Source of the DNA: the human T2T-CHM13v2.0 reference genome, Homo sapiens
NCBI RefSeq assembly: GCF_009914755.1
Contig: NC_060939.1
DNA length: 64,000 nt
Direction: 5' to 3' (one strand)
Both the position numbers and the translations under genes were made by a program. This document shows, one piece after another, positions 1 through 16,450 of the stretch; positions within the stretch are counted from its first letter, which is position 1, and every line of letters starts with the position of its first letter. The notes beneath the pieces were generated by a model, which was not told the origin of the DNA, ran no database searches, and worked only from the letters and a program-made list of their open reading frames with translations.

Positions 1-515
1 ACAACAGTAACAGCTTGTTCATCTTACCTAGAATTGTCTTGTGCCAAGACCCCTCAAGATGCTCTGAGATTTCTGTGTAGTGGTTTCTTTTGAGAATGTA
101 GGTAAGAATAGGTGTCCTTGAGACTGAAAAGAAATTCACCTAAAATTGTTCATTGTGGTTGTATCTTAAAATCTTTGGGGTCGTTGAATGAACTTTGGCT
201 TAGAAATTTGTAGAGATCGTCTTTTTAACTGCTGTGAGTCTGCAGATGTGATTATCTATAGTAATTCCAGATGTTTTCTCATCTATTAGTTTTACTGAGT
301 AGGAAGATAACTGAGAACAACATAAAGTAACTTCAAAGCAGTTTGCTAGCATTTAATCCTGACTAATTTAATTAATTATTCATCCTTGTAGTTTTTCCTA
401 TTTTATTGATTATGAAACTGAGACAAAGGTTACGAGTTGCCCAAGATGCTTGGGGAGTATTAAAGATAGCCCAAAGCTTAAACTCTAACACTGTTCAGAC
501 TTTTAGCTTGCTTTT

Positions 516-519
<4 letters not shown>

Positions 520-548
<29 letters not shown>
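520..548 (+). repeat. Poly(A) tract, A29
   Basis: Uninterrupted A run. Confidence 0.95.
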
Positions 549-551
<3 letters not shown>

Positions 552-1220
552 TCTTTATTTTGTTATTCAGTAACTTAATGCTTGACAATTTAAAAAATAC
601 AAAATGTTTGGAACACATACTTTAAATAATTCCTTTGAAGATTTTTGATATGAAAATATATTTTAAGTTCCACATCTCAAAAATTACTTATTTTAAAATT
701 TGGTCTTTTGTTACCCCCCTCACCCAATTTAATATTGAAAGTGCTGGCAAGTTGGAACAAGGAATTGGTGATATAGTTTGGAAGAAACAACTATTTTAAA
801 TGTCAACCTTGTTATACTCAGATCTAATATTTTTATAGGCCGAAATTCATATTGCATTAGTTCAGACATAATAAACCAGCCTCCTCACTATAGCTGTGGA
901 TAAAATGCAATTAGCTTTTGGTTATTTTTAAAATGGGTTTCAGTTATTGAAGTCTCTCCACCCCCCTTATTTTTTCATTTTGTTTCTGTTAGAGAAGATT
1001 CTTCTTGGAGGTGGTTTGTTGTAGGGTGGAGGAAGGAGAGAATTCTTAAGGTATAGAATTTTGCATTTGCTTCTGGTAGCTCAGAGATTATTTGAAATCT
1101 TTGCTTTTAGTCAGTATACTTTGTTGATTCCATTTAGTTATTCTAAGATTTTCCAATTGTATTTCCTGTAAAAGTTATAGTCTTTAGACCATAAAAACTA
1201 AAACTAGTAACTGCAGATCT

Positions 1221-1501
1221 TTTTTTTTTTTTTTTTTTTTGAGATGGAGTCTCACCCTGTTCCCCAGGCTGGAGTGTGATGGCACGATCTTGTCTCACTG
1301 CAACCTCCGCCTCTCGGGCTCAAGTAATTCTTTGCCTCAGCCTCCTGAGTGGCTGGGATTACAGACGCACACCACCATACCCGGCTAATTTTTTGTATCT
1401 TTAGTAGAGTCAGGGTTTCACTCAAATTCCTGACCTCGTGATCCTCCTGCCTTGGCCTCCCAAAGTGCTGGGATTACATGTGTGAGCCTCCGTGCCTAGC
1501 C
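1221..1501 (-). mobile_element. Alu (S-type) with internal deletion and 16-bp TSD
   Basis: Poly-T followed by antisense Alu; TSD AGTAACTGCAGATCTT at 1206-1221 and 1502-1517. Confidence 0.95.
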
Positions 1502-1525
1502 AGTAACTGCAGATCTTAAAACAGA

Positions 1526-1726
1526 TTTCCCCTCTTCTTCTTCTTCCTCTTCTTCCTCTTCTTCTTCCTCCTCTTCTTCTTCTTCCTCTTCTTCCTCTTC
1601 CTCCTCTTCCTCCTCTTCTTCTTTCTTCTTTCTTCTTTCTTTTTCTTCTTTCTTCCTTCTTCTTCTTTCTTCTTTCTTTTTCTTTCTTCTTTCTTCCTTC
1701 TTTTTCTTTCTTCTTTCTTCTTCTTC
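1526..1726. repeat. 201-nt pure pyrimidine (TTC/TCC/TTTC)n microsatellite replacing an Alu tail
   Basis: Only C and T over the whole interval; abuts the tail end of the antisense Alu at 1727. Confidence 0.95.
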
Positions 1727-1999
1727 GGAATCTCACTCTTTGGCCAGGCTGGAGTGCAGTGGCATGATCTCAGCTCACCGAAACCTCCACTCCCAGGTTC
1801 AAGTGATTCTCCTGCTTCAGCCTCCCAAGTAGTTGGAATTACAGGCAGCCACCACCATGCCTGGCTAATTTTTGTGTTTTTAGTAGAGACGGGGTTTCAC
1901 TGTGTTGGCCAGGCTGGTCTTGAACTCCTGACCTTGTGATCCACCTGCCTCGGCCTCCCAAAATACTGGGATTACAGGTGTGAGCCACTGCACCAGGCC
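1727..1999 (-). mobile_element. Alu (S-type)
   Basis: Antisense Alu dimer. Confidence 0.95.
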
Positions 2000-2623
2000 T
2001 CCCCCTTTCTTAAGATACAAGGAAGTGTATCTTTTCAGTGTGTGCTCTTTATGGATGTATACAATGCAGATGAATTTAGGAAGGCAATTTCAGATTTTGA
2101 AAACTGTTGAAATTAAACTTGAACATTGAAAAATCAAATTTGCAGTTGTCTTAAGTGTTTGCACTAGTTAGATGCTTCACAATTAATAAATACTAGCTAA
2201 TATAATTTTATAAGACCCTTTGAAGAGGGAATTGTGAGTTTATTTTTAAGATAAGCCAGGTTATATCAAAGATATTGTAACCAACTAGATTTTATTTGGA
2301 GACTTTGTACTCTGCTTTAGAATCCAGTAGCTCTATCAGTGTGAGCTGTTTCCATTCTTGAGTAGAAGTTTTCTCCTGTTATTTTTTCTTTGTTCTAGCT
2401 GGGTTTAAGACAGCCTTCTTTGTAGAAATTGTTGGCCTGTTTATCCTTCACCCACCCTGAAGACACTTAATTTTATGGACTGTTCTTGTACTGCCTCATC
2501 ACCAGAAAAAGCAGGCTGGAAATTAACTGTCATATTCCCGCAGGTTTAATTTAACTGATTATAAGAAAGTACAGTTATTGTTCTACCTTCTTTAAATCTT
2601 TGTCCTTGATGACCAAGCTCAGG

Positions 2624-2930
2624 TTTTTATTTTTGCTTATTTATTTATTTTTTGGAAATGGAGTCTCACTCTGTCACCCAGTCTGGAGTGCAGTGGTGCA
2701 GTCATAGCTCGTTACAGCCTGGAACTCGCGGGCTTAAGTGATCCTTCCACTTCAGCCTCCCAAGTAGCTGGGACTCCAGGCATGTGCCACCACGCTCAGC
2801 TAATTTTTAAATTTTTTTGTAGAGATAGGGTCTCGATGTTACCCAGGTCTTGAACTTCTGACTCTGAGTGATCTTTCCACCTCAGCCTCCCAAAGTGCTG
2901 GGATTACAGATATGAGCCACCAGTCTGGGT
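2624..2930 (-). mobile_element. Alu (J-type)
   Basis: Diverged antisense Alu (gtcatagctc, ctcgcgggcttaag). Confidence 0.9.
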
Positions 2931-5759
2931 GGGTTTTCTTTTTTAAATAATAGATTTAAATTGTTCATTACTTTGTTTTGAACATTTGTTGCACAATGCC
3001 GGAGTAATATTTTGATTAAAGTTTTTGAATATCAAGTTGAAATTTCTAGAAAACAAATTTCTGACTTGGAATGTTTCCCTGAGATAATCGATGGATGACA
3101 TGTTAGAAAAATGTTCTACTATATTAGGCATTTAAAAAATAACTGTATAATATAGAGACTGTGGGAGCAACAATTGTACAAATTGCTGGTTGAGCAAATT
3201 TTAATTTTAGTTGCACACAGTAAAATGTTCTTTGGTTTCATTAAGATTAACTCTTATTTCCATGTGAATTATTTTGGATATTAATAGTGAGATGCTTTAG
3301 CATTGGAGAAATTGCTTTATAAAAACTGAAGGATCAGACTTCACCTTAAGTGTATGAAGTAGCTGCCAGACCTCAACATTCGTGCCATGAGAATTTAATT
3401 CTGAGAGCTTAAATGCGTTAGTTTCATTTTATTTGCTTTGAATGTTTTGTTTATATATAGTTTTTTTTAGAGCCTCATTTAAAAAATATATGTATTTCTA
3501 GTTTTTTTCTTCGAATATATAATACAGATTTTTGGGAAAATGTGGGTCATGTTTGAAAATTCTATCGATTGTAAAAAAAAATTCCGACTCTTGGTTTTGG
3601 TTAAATAATTAGAACAGCTATTTAGAAAAACTGAAATAGTTAATGGTTTTGGAGTTTGCAGGTGCCTGTTTTCTGAAATATTGATTATCTATCCCTCGGG
3701 CAGAGTATACGTATTTGCCAAGTTTGTATTTCTTTTTTCTATTTCTTCAAAATAAGTCCCGTTGATTTTAAAAGAATAAAGAGTTTCCCAGTAAGTACAA
3801 GTGTGGTACTTTTTCCCCCTCCACTTTGTACTTTAGTGTTAACCTTTATTACATAACCACAGAGAATGAGGAAGAGAATTGTACAATGCAGATATTAAGC
3901 CTATTGTTCTCCAAGGAAAGTCTTTGATGTTAAGAGGTCCCTAAACCTCTTAATTATTTTATTTACTTGTGAGAGGGGGTGCTTCCTTAAATATATACGA
4001 GTCTTTTCTTATATTGCATACACTTGCAACTATTATTTTGAAATAATAGTTGAGTGGTGTTTACATTTATGACCTGATTCATGTCTTTTGAAGTGCCACC
4101 ACTGTTTCACCATGGACTTGCTTACTCAGGTTGTTGGCAACAGCATGGAATTGCATCAGATCTTGCTGTATTAAATAAATGAAGATATTAGATGTCAGAA
4201 TTTTTAAGTAGTTCATGGCTTTTGTTTTTATTTTCTATATGATCAGCTTCATAGGGAAAGTTATTTTTGAAACAATTTGAGCTCCTAATAATTTTTTGAA
4301 GCTATTTGTGTCTGGTCTTCCAAAGGCAAAAATGGCCCATTTTGACTCTGATTTAGTAATCTCCTTTGGCTTTAGTGGTTTTTATCCTTCCTCCCACTAT
4401 CCTTTCCCCTCGTTTAGAGGTAGGAGGAGCCCAGTTCCAGTATTTAAAATGAAGATCAAGAGTGGCATAATAGCTTCATTAGGTGTTTTTCACCAAAATA
4501 GGTCTGAATAAGTCTGAATTTGTGGTAGAAGGAACCATAACAAATTTGTTTAGTGCATTACAGTTTTTGAGAATATGTTGTTTCACACACATTGTTTCTA
4601 TATGTTGTTTCCATTTCATGGTGAAAGCATAAGGAATCCATTTAAAAATAGAGTAAAATGCTACAGCCAGTTGGGGGTTGGGGGCAGCCCCGTGGACCAG
4701 AATTTGCCTCTGTGTGGGAAGTCAGCAGGACCAGATGCCCCTCTCTTCTTTGGCTCTGTAGGTATCTGGATCTCTTAACATATAGATGACAAGTTTTGGC
4801 CAGCTTTGAAATTACATTTGCTAGTGGAGGACACATATCATTAACTCTGCAGTGGGAATAAGGAATTCAGTAGGTGCCTGACCCCAAATGATAAACTGCT
4901 ATTCTAATTTTTATGCTGTGTAATATATTTTAGACTTTTTAATAAAAAAGATAAAAATTGAGCAATTTCATGAATTGTTATGTTACATCAATTTACCATA
5001 TGAAGATTAATTCATGTTTTCAGAACAGTAATACACATTTCTGAAATATACAGAGACAGGTAATAGTATCAAAGGGCTTAAAATAGAATTTTAGTCTTCC
5101 TCGCCTCCACTCTCAGTCCTGCTGTCCACAGACAATCTCTGTAGGCTCTATTTAGCATTCTCTCTCATATTTACCTGCATAATTCTAACCAATGCTCTGT
5201 TATTTCTTAATTTGTCATTTTTAGGTATTATTCCTTGATATCTTGCTGTGGTAAATGAAGACTTCAGTGTTTGCACCACTTGCCCTTCAGTCTCTCCATT
5301 TCCCAATATAATTAGATTACATATTTTGGTTACTATAGTGATTCATTTTTCTTTCTTGTCCAACATTTTATTTTTTCTTGAGTCAATAATTGCCTCTTTT
5401 AAAAATTGCTTAGTTTACCTTAGACACATTTTCTCTTAAATGTTCCTTTAAACCTGTCAAAGGTCTGTGAATATTATTTTTTAACCCATTCAACGGATTA
5501 GATAATCTCCAAGCACTAACTCTTTTCTAAAATCCTTTCCAGAGCCCTCTGACCTCTGCTGTCATTTGAAATAGTTCTCCAGGCTGGACAGTTTTTATCG
5601 TGTGATTCCCTCTGTTGTTCTCTTATAATATTAGATCCCTTATTTCTTGGATCCCATGTCTTGTTTTTCTTGGTTTATTTCATTGTTTTGCTGGAGTACA
5701 TCAAGCTCCTTTCTCACAGGAGGTAATTTTTTTTTCTCTAATTGCATGGCACATTAAGG

Positions 5760-6720
5760 GAGGTAAATTTTTGAGCCTTTGCAAGTCTGACATTTTTATT
5801 TTACCTTTATACTTGATTGCTTGGCTGAATAGAAAATATTAGTAAGAAAATAATTTTCCTTTAGAGTTTTAAAGGCATTGTTGGTTTGTTTCTAGGCTCC
5901 CAGAGTTGCTGTTGAGAAACCTGATGCCTTCCTGATTTCCTCCTCCACATATGTCCTTTTATTCTTTTTCCTATAATTCTTTAAGGTATTCTTTTCATCC
6001 TCTGTATTCTGAAATTTCAAAATATGGCTGGGCATGGGTAGTTTTTTTTTTATTTTATTTTTAATAGGAAGTGAAGGGATTTTTTTATGTATAGGTTCAC
6101 ATCCTTGAGTTAAAAGACATTTTTTTGTACTATAAATTTGATAGTGTGCTCCTCCCCCCATACTTATATCCCCCAATTTATTCTTTTTTTTCTTTCTGGA
6201 ACTCTTATTAGTTGGATGTTGGGTGTCCTGAGTGTAGTCTCTGATTTTCTTATTTCTTTGCCTTTTGGTTCTAGTTTCTGGTATATTTCCTTGATTTTTT
6301 TTTTTATTATATTATACTTTAAGTTTTAGGGTACATGTGCACAATGTGCAGGTAAGTTATATATGTATACATGTGCCATGTTGGTGTGCTGCACCCATTA
6401 ACTCGTCATTAGGCTTATTTAACATTAGGTATATCTCCTAATGCTATCCCTCCCCACTCCCCCCAATTTCCTTGATATTTTTTCTTCCATTCCTTCTGTT
6501 GAATTTTGATCATTGTATTTAAAAATTTTAAGAGCTCTTTCTCATTTCCCAATCATTCCTTTTTCACATATCCTCTTGCTATTGTTTTGCAGTATCTTCT
6601 CTTACCACTCCAGCAGTTCAGAGTATGTTGGTTTTGAAGTTTTGCTGTGCTCCCTGTATGGTTTCTATTTCTCCTGGGTTCCTCTTTTTCTTTTTAAAAT
6701 GATTCTTTCAGATTGGAGGT
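5760..6720 (-). mobile_element. Ancient L1M/HAL1 ORF1 remnant (interrupted by L1PA)
   Basis: Minus-strand translation HILKFQNTEDEKNTLK...IRKASGFSTATLGA*KQTNNAFKTLKENYF resembles the L1 ORF1p RRM/CTD region (HIIVKF...IRLTADFS...WxxIFKxLKEKNF). Confidence 0.75.
6296..6465 (-). mobile_element. 5'-truncated L1PA 3' end (~170 bp) with TSD
   Basis: tatactttaagttttagggtacatgtgcacaatgtgcagg...; TSD ATTTCCTTGAT at 6285-6295 and 6466-6476. Confidence 0.93.
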
Positions 6721-7814
6721 TTTCTATAAAGATCTGTTTTGTCTTTGTCTTTTCATATAACAGTGAACTTTTTCATGTAAAAAGCTTTGTAACTGGGTGG
6801 GGCTTGTCCACAGTGGGCTTCACTGTGAGGTGGGGAGCAAGTCACCTTCATTGGAGGAAGACACTCATATCTGTGCTGAGAATTTTTTCTGGTACCATTG
6901 AGTTTTTCGGTTTTCCCTCTGGGAGGTGGGCACCTGGCCACTGATGTTCTGAGATCAGATTGCAGAAGTTCCATGACTCAGTTGTCCTTAGAGTCCCTAG
7001 TCTCCTTGTGTTCAGTCCTGTCCTTACCTGCTGTCTGCTGTGTCCCTGTACCTAGAGCTCCTCCCATCTGCATTCTTCCTGGCTGACACTCAGGCCATAG
7101 CTTCCTCTGCACTACTAAGATTGTTATTGCTCCCCTAACTTCTTTCTCACTTACAAAAAGCTGTTGAAATCTTTTGTCTGCTTTGGTTACCTCACACTGT
7201 TCTCTTTATCTTTGTGGGTTTGTATCTGTTTTTTTCCTTTATTGTCATTTAAGTGGGTCTTAGGTGGGAGAAGAGCTAAGTAGAATTTGCCACGTTTAGT
7301 TTAGTGTCCATTTTTAAATGTATATCATTTGTAATCCTGTTTTTAGGGCACAGTGTTTTGCCCTATCAGAAATGGATCTTATTAGTTACTCAGAGTTAAA
7401 TCATTGAACTGAAATTTTACATTAATCTATTTGAATAAAAATTTATATTCAGATTTACCTTCTCTGATAAATAGAACAAAATATTGTTGCTGTTATCAGA
7501 GTCAGCAGAGAAAATAGGCAAGCCAGGGGGTTCGACCTTGCTTGGAAAGTCAGATCACAAGCCAGGCTTTGGATAGGTATATGCCTGTGAAAGAAAGTTG
7601 TAAGGTCATTGGGACTACTGCAGTTAATGCATTGTAATACTTTTATTGGACTAGCTCATCATTCATTAATGAAGGCAAGTTAGTGCCAGGTTTATAGGAT
7701 TTTTGGCTCTGTACATTGGTAATTTAACCTTCTCCCTTGTGTTTTAGTTTTTAAAAAGTATGATCTTAATTGGAAGTAAAGGACACAGATTTTTAATCTC
7801 AGAATTTAAAAAGA

Positions 7815-10116
<2,302 letters not shown>

Positions 10117-10139
10117 CCATTTTAAGATTTTTAAAATCT

Positions 10140-10630
10140 CATCCTTACTGATTTTATTTTGCTTTTTGAGTATATAAAACATTATCATGGTTCCAAAAGT
10201 TAAAACTACACAAAAAGCTGTGCTAAGCAATGTCACTACCTAATGCCGGCCGCTCACTCCTACCCACCCCCTGTAGACAACCAATTTCATTAATTTCTGA
10301 TTGATCTTTCCTGTGTTTCTTTTTGTAAAGAAAAGCAGGTGGGTATTTTCTTTTTTTCCCTCACAAAAGATAGCAAACTAGATACATTCTTTTGGACTTT
10401 TTTTTTTTTTTCATTTAGCTGTATATCCTGGATGTCACTCCATGTTTGTAGGAATTTTCCTTATTCTCTTTTTTAAAACAGCTTCTAGTACTCCATCTGT
10501 GGATGTGCGACAGTGAATTCAACCCATCTCCTATATGTGGGCATTTAGGTTGTTTCCAATATTTGTAGTTACAAATAATGCAGCAGTTAATACCCTTGTA
10601 CAAAGATATTTTTGTATTATCAGGTATCTT
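10140..10630 (-). mobile_element. L1ME-type fragment
   Basis: gggcatttaggttgtttccaatattt...acaaataatgcagcag, typical of an old L1 3' region. Confidence 0.6.
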
Positions 10631-11203
10631 CAGGGAAGAACACACAAAAAAATTAACTTTTTAATTGTGTGAGCAGCAATATGTAAGATAATACTTCAAG
10701 CTATTTGTCTGCCTACTCCACACTTCCACTGTGGTCTTAGAAATGTATCCAAGGCTGTTGAAGTGAAATACTTATCTATCGTAATTATTTTTCTGTTGGG
10801 AAACCTTGAAATTAGAGAGCTGGAAGTAGCCTTGGGGACATTTTTAGTCAAGTAGTAGCCGATCATAGGCCCTGGGTCAGGGTTCATTTTAAGCAGTTAA
10901 CTGTTCCTTGTACACACTCATCAGTGCTTTTCTGTCAGCTCGGCTCAGACCAGCTGTTTCGGATACTTCTCTCTTCCATTTAATTTAATTCACAAGAGGT
11001 TCCTTCATGTTGAACTGTTGAGTGGCCACTCCCTGGAGTTATAGAATGGCAGTAGGACAAGACAATTATACATGGGATAGAAATAAGGATTTCAGCATCT
11101 GTTTTCTCTGATAGGCCTCAGAGGATTGATGGTTATGAACTGTAGATCGTCAGAGGAATGGCATCTTGGATTCCCAGATGCTGCTGCTGGTCTCCTCCGG
11201 TGA

Positions 11204-11452
<249 letters not shown>

Positions 11453-12454
11453 TAGTCTTTTGTTCCAGCTAGTGAACATTGGAGTAGAAGGGAGACGTCC
11501 TCCTGCATTGCTAGATAACCACGTAAAAGGTTGGCTAGCATAGCTTCCCATCAGAGGGGCCACAAGTGGATTACATATGTGTTGAAATAAATGATCCCCT
11601 CAGCCTAGAGGTGGCTGTGCTCCCAGACAAATCATTTCTGGCTGTGAGAAGCCTCTTCAGTTAATGTGCATGTGTCATACAGATATTTTCTATGCGTGCC
11701 CTGACATGGGAAAGGTTGGGAAAGTAGGCTAAAGCACAGTCTCAAAATTAGCCTCTAAGGATGTTGCTAAACCAAGGATATTGCTCCTTAAAGAGAACCA
11801 GGTAATAGAGTGAAGAGGAATTGAATTATTTAGGGTAGAGGTTAAAACCTACTTGTCCATAAAGATAAGCTGATAACCATATCTTAAATCTGGTGTGATA
11901 TGAAATTCTTACTCACTTCTTTGCTAAAACAAAGTTAGAAATTAAAATGTATTTCTAAGTGACTTGGCTTGTAACCCCATTTTATTGGATATTGGAATAT
12001 AGAACAGTTCACATTAAAGAACTTAGCATCTTTGTTCATTTGAATTTTGACATTTTATTCATTGCTATACTGATAATGTACTGGCAGTGCACTAAATGAA
12101 GTAGATACCCAGGGTATATTATGGTTGATGAGATTAGTGAACCAGGATTTAATGTCTTTTCTGAATACTTCTGAGTTTGATGTATTCTAATAAAGTTTTG
12201 ACACTTGAGTTGCTTCTGTACTTAAATGTTTTACCTGAGTGGCATTCTATTATCTAAACCTTATCTGTTAAAATGTGCTTCTAAAATGCATTTTTCCTGA
12301 AGTATTTTACATTAGATACGTAAAATTTAATGATTCTGACATTTAAGGTGGTTATAACAGTTACATCAATTTTGAAATAAGCTTATTAAAATTGAGTATT
12401 TGGTGTTTTGAATATAATTTAATTTAATTCTGGTGTAGGAGGATTTTGAGGGAA

Positions 12455-12680
12455 TGGAACTGACATTCACTGAGTGCTTTCCGTTGATTAGGCCCTGTGC
12501 TGTGTGCACTTTATGTAGTTTATCTCATGAAATCTTTACCATAGCCATGTGAGGTAGAAGGTGGGATTTGACCCATTTCACAGAGAGGAGGCAGGCTCTG
12601 GAACGAACTTAGCGTAAGGTCATAGAATAAAATAGTAGAGCTACAACTTTAAGACAGTTGGTTCTGAAGCCCGTGCTTGA
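12455..12680. mobile_element. MIR
   Basis: MIR core-like cccatttcacagagaggaggcaggctctgg. Confidence 0.6.
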
Positions 12681-13666
12681 TACAAGTCACATGACCTGTA
12701 TCATATTTATTTTGAGTCTGCAGTGGAACAAATTCCTACAAAGGCAACTCATTCTGTTTGGTACATTTTTGTATAAAAGAGGGAAGGAATTCTTCTCGAA
12801 GGGTTCAAGGGCAGGTGATAAAGGAATTTGGCTAGTTCAGCTAAAACAATGTGGAGCAGAGTTTCCTGGTCACTGTGCCCCTTCCTTTTTAGGTCAGTTG
12901 TGGAACAATTTGCTAGGAATTTTGTGAGAAAATTGTGAGTAGTTCCAGCTTACAAAGGCCTGGGATCAGGCATTGCTGGGCATGATGGGGATCAAGTCAT
13001 GCTGGCTGAGGAATATGTCAGAACTCTTGGGGTAAAGAGAAATAGAAGCAGAATGAGTAATGTTCTCAAGTCTTGTAATTATTTAGAAGCATTTTTCCAA
13101 GTTCAACCTTCAGTAAAGCCTGGGGTTTCCTAGAATGCTTATTAAGTAACATAATCCAAAGAAGCAAAAGGAAGGAAGGATAAGGATTTGTGCCTTTTAA
13201 TGAAGACAAAAGGAATTTCTGCCACTGTTTATGGCACTTTCTTAAGAATCTTTACCTAGAATTTGGGATTTCTATGGAAATAGTGCTTTTGAAAATTTGA
13301 AGGTTTTAAACTTACTTGTTACTGAGTTATTGTTAGGAATGATGTTTGTGCTCAAGAATTAGGTTGTCCTGAGATAGAGGTGGCACATCTAGATTTGAGT
13401 TATTAAAATATTGATGTGATACACAAAGATTTAGTCCAAAGGACAGTGGCAGCTTAGCTGAAGATAAATATCAAGTCTTTACTCTCACTACTTCTGTTGT
13501 AGAGGGAGTAGTATAGTCATTGGATAGCTTTGAATCCTACTGGGTAAAACCTTTTGAAGTTTCTTTTGCATCCTCACTTTTCCTAAACAACAGGTCAGTC
13601 ATTCCAGTGAGTTGTTTGGTGGGTGTGGATGATGCTGCATCACTGATACTGCTCCCTCTGTTAAGT

Positions 13667-14228
13667 GGTGGTCTGGTTATCTGTTGCTGCATGACAAACA
13701 GCCATACATCCTAGAAGCCTAAAGCAACCATTTCATTTTGCTTATAATTTTGTGGGCCAAGAATTCAGGAAGAACTTGCCTGGGATTGCATCAGGTGGAG
13801 AACGTGGACTCACAGAGTTACCAGACGTGTGTTAAGAAGACACTTTGGAGGAGGATGTTCTGGAGTCTTCTTAACTCACCTGTCTGGTACCTCTGTGCTC
13901 CTTGGTGTCTCTCTGTCCCCCAGTGGTGTCATAATCTCCCCAGTCTCCCTGCACATGGTTTGGGCTTCTCTCAGCATGTTGGTCTCTGGGTAATTAGACT
14001 TCTTACATGGCGGCTGGCTCTCCCAAGAGCAAGCATTTCAAGCAATAGCAAGAGGGAGCTGTGGATTTCATAAGGCCTGGAGTTGCAGGTTGACATAGAA
14101 TCACTTCTGCCATATTCAGTGCGTCGGGGCAGTCACAGAGCCTGCCCAGATTCGGAGAATGAGGACATAGACCCTGTCTCTCCATGGGAAGAATGTCAAA
14201 GAATTTGTGGCCATCTTTAATCTACCAC
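13667..14228. mobile_element. MaLR (MLT1-type) solo LTR
   Basis: ggttatctgttgctgcatgacaaac ... cacttctgccatattc ... atctttaatctaccaca terminus. Confidence 0.75.
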
Positions 14229-15569
14229 AAGGCCATTAAGCAAAAAGGAGAGGGTTGTTACAAGAAATGCTGAACTGACTTTACCAGCAAATGTAAGCCT
14301 ACTTTATATAATGATTCAGAAGAGACTGATTGTCAGGAATAAGAAAGGGATAGAGGCAAAAGAGAGCCCCCAGAAGGAGGAAAGTGGAAAAATTTTTCAT
14401 GGGAAAGTGGAAAGGCAACCAAGATAAACTTTGCTTCATAATTTTATCTTTCCTGCCTTGGACCTGAATTCAGTCTTGGTTCTGTGATCTTGCCCTTGAG
14501 TCCCAGGCGGCCACTTCTGACCACTTTGGATTTGGTGCTCATGCCTGGTCTCCTCCCCAGTATCAGGACCTCTGGTTGGCTTCCCAAGCTCTATATTGGT
14601 CACCCCTTTGACCCTAAGTATCTCCTGTTGCCCTTTATGAGAACTCTCCTGTTGCCCTGTTCCCTGGGAACCTAACCATCCTCTTTCAGAATGAGCAGCA
14701 TTGTTGGGGCTGGGGAGACATCAGACACTGATTTTGGCTGCCCTCGGGCTGCCTGGGCACCTTGGCAGTTCCTTCATGTAGCTTGATTCCTTCTTTTCTG
14801 GATTACATTATGGCTCAGTTCTTGCTCTCTTTTTGTGACTTTACCAACTCCTCCCCCTAATAATTTCAAGGGACTCAAGTTATAGATAGAAGAGACTTCT
14901 GAAATTTCAGCATAGAATAGGCTTGTGAACATGCAGTTCAGAGAGGATTTATAGTGTACAGAAGATTTTATGTCTTGCTTTTAAGCATCTAAAAATGTTT
15001 CATTTGGAAGGTAAGTTAGGTCCGTCTGGAATATATTTTTACTTATATGTACTGGAATGTTTATAGAATTTTTATGATGATACTGCCCTATCCTCCAGTT
15101 TTAAGAGGAATAACAGTTTTACTATTGATACTTTCACGATGTATGTGTGTGTTTTAATAACTGCTGCAAAATTTCAAAATTTTCATTGATTATAATTTTA
15201 CAAATCCATAGAGCTATAATCTTGGATTTTGATTTAACTTTCCACTCATGCTTGAAAATTTAGAATAAGTTCATTTTATTAGGACTTTATAATACCAGTA
15301 TCTTTAAATTTAAAACACTTTAAATTTAATTTTTATTATAAAAGAAATAATGCTGTTTGAAAAACTTTTAACAGTATAGTGGCTCCTATCCCCATGTTAT
15401 TCCTTTTACATAGCTGATAACAGCTACTTCCAGTCTTTAAAAAATTTATATGCCGGTATGTAATACATACATAGACTCAGAAACACATAGCATGTTATCT
15501 TTTTAAAACAAAAGTTTTAGTTTCCTGGACGACTGCTTTGCAACAGTCAGTGCCTTGAAACACTCTATG

Positions 15570-15740
15570 AGTTTAATTTCCAGCCCTATCACTTAGTAAT
15601 TTAGCAAGTTACATTACTGCTCTGTGCCTCAGTTTCCTCTTCTGTAAAACAGACCAAATGATGGTCTGTACCTCATTGGATTGTAGAAGATTAATTAGCA
15701 CCTGTATATAGCACACAGTATGTACTATATAAATGTTAAC
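15570..15740. mobile_element. MIR
   Basis: Core ctctgtgcctcagtttcctcttctgtaaaa. Confidence 0.75.
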
Positions 15741-16066
15741 TAAATGAAAATGAACTTGCTTAAAAAACATATCCTAGATGTTTCCTTATGGGTTGCTAAT
15801 ATTTTTAGAGTGTTGCACTTTAAAAATTGTGTAGGCGGGTGGTTCTTGAGTTTCACTGTTGTAGCAGCATGTTTGTCTGTAATGATCTTGAACAGTGATT
15901 CCACACACTTCCCACACCCTTGTTGCAGTGAGTTGCTGTTACTGATGGGCAATGTGTTTGTGTCTCAGGGATGATGGGAGGCAAGAAAAAACTTGAAAAC
16001 CATTGGTTTAGAAAATTATACTACATTAGCAGTTAATCTTTTTGTTAAGCCTTTTAAGAGACTTAG

Positions 16067-16450
<384 letters not shown>

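Noticed and set aside
520-548. A29 tract as a processed-pseudogene tail or poly(A) site
   Set aside because: No upstream retrocopy body or clear TSD; more likely a source of oligo-dT internal priming artefacts.
1422-1736. 104-aa R/K/E/G-rich minus-strand ORF (protamine-like look)
   Set aside because: It is the translation of the GAA/GGA microsatellite plus Alu sequence.
5892-6176. 94-aa ORF with L1 ORF1p similarity as a possible domesticated gene
   Set aside because: Broken by a stop and frameshifts, and interrupted by an L1PA insertion; a fossil.
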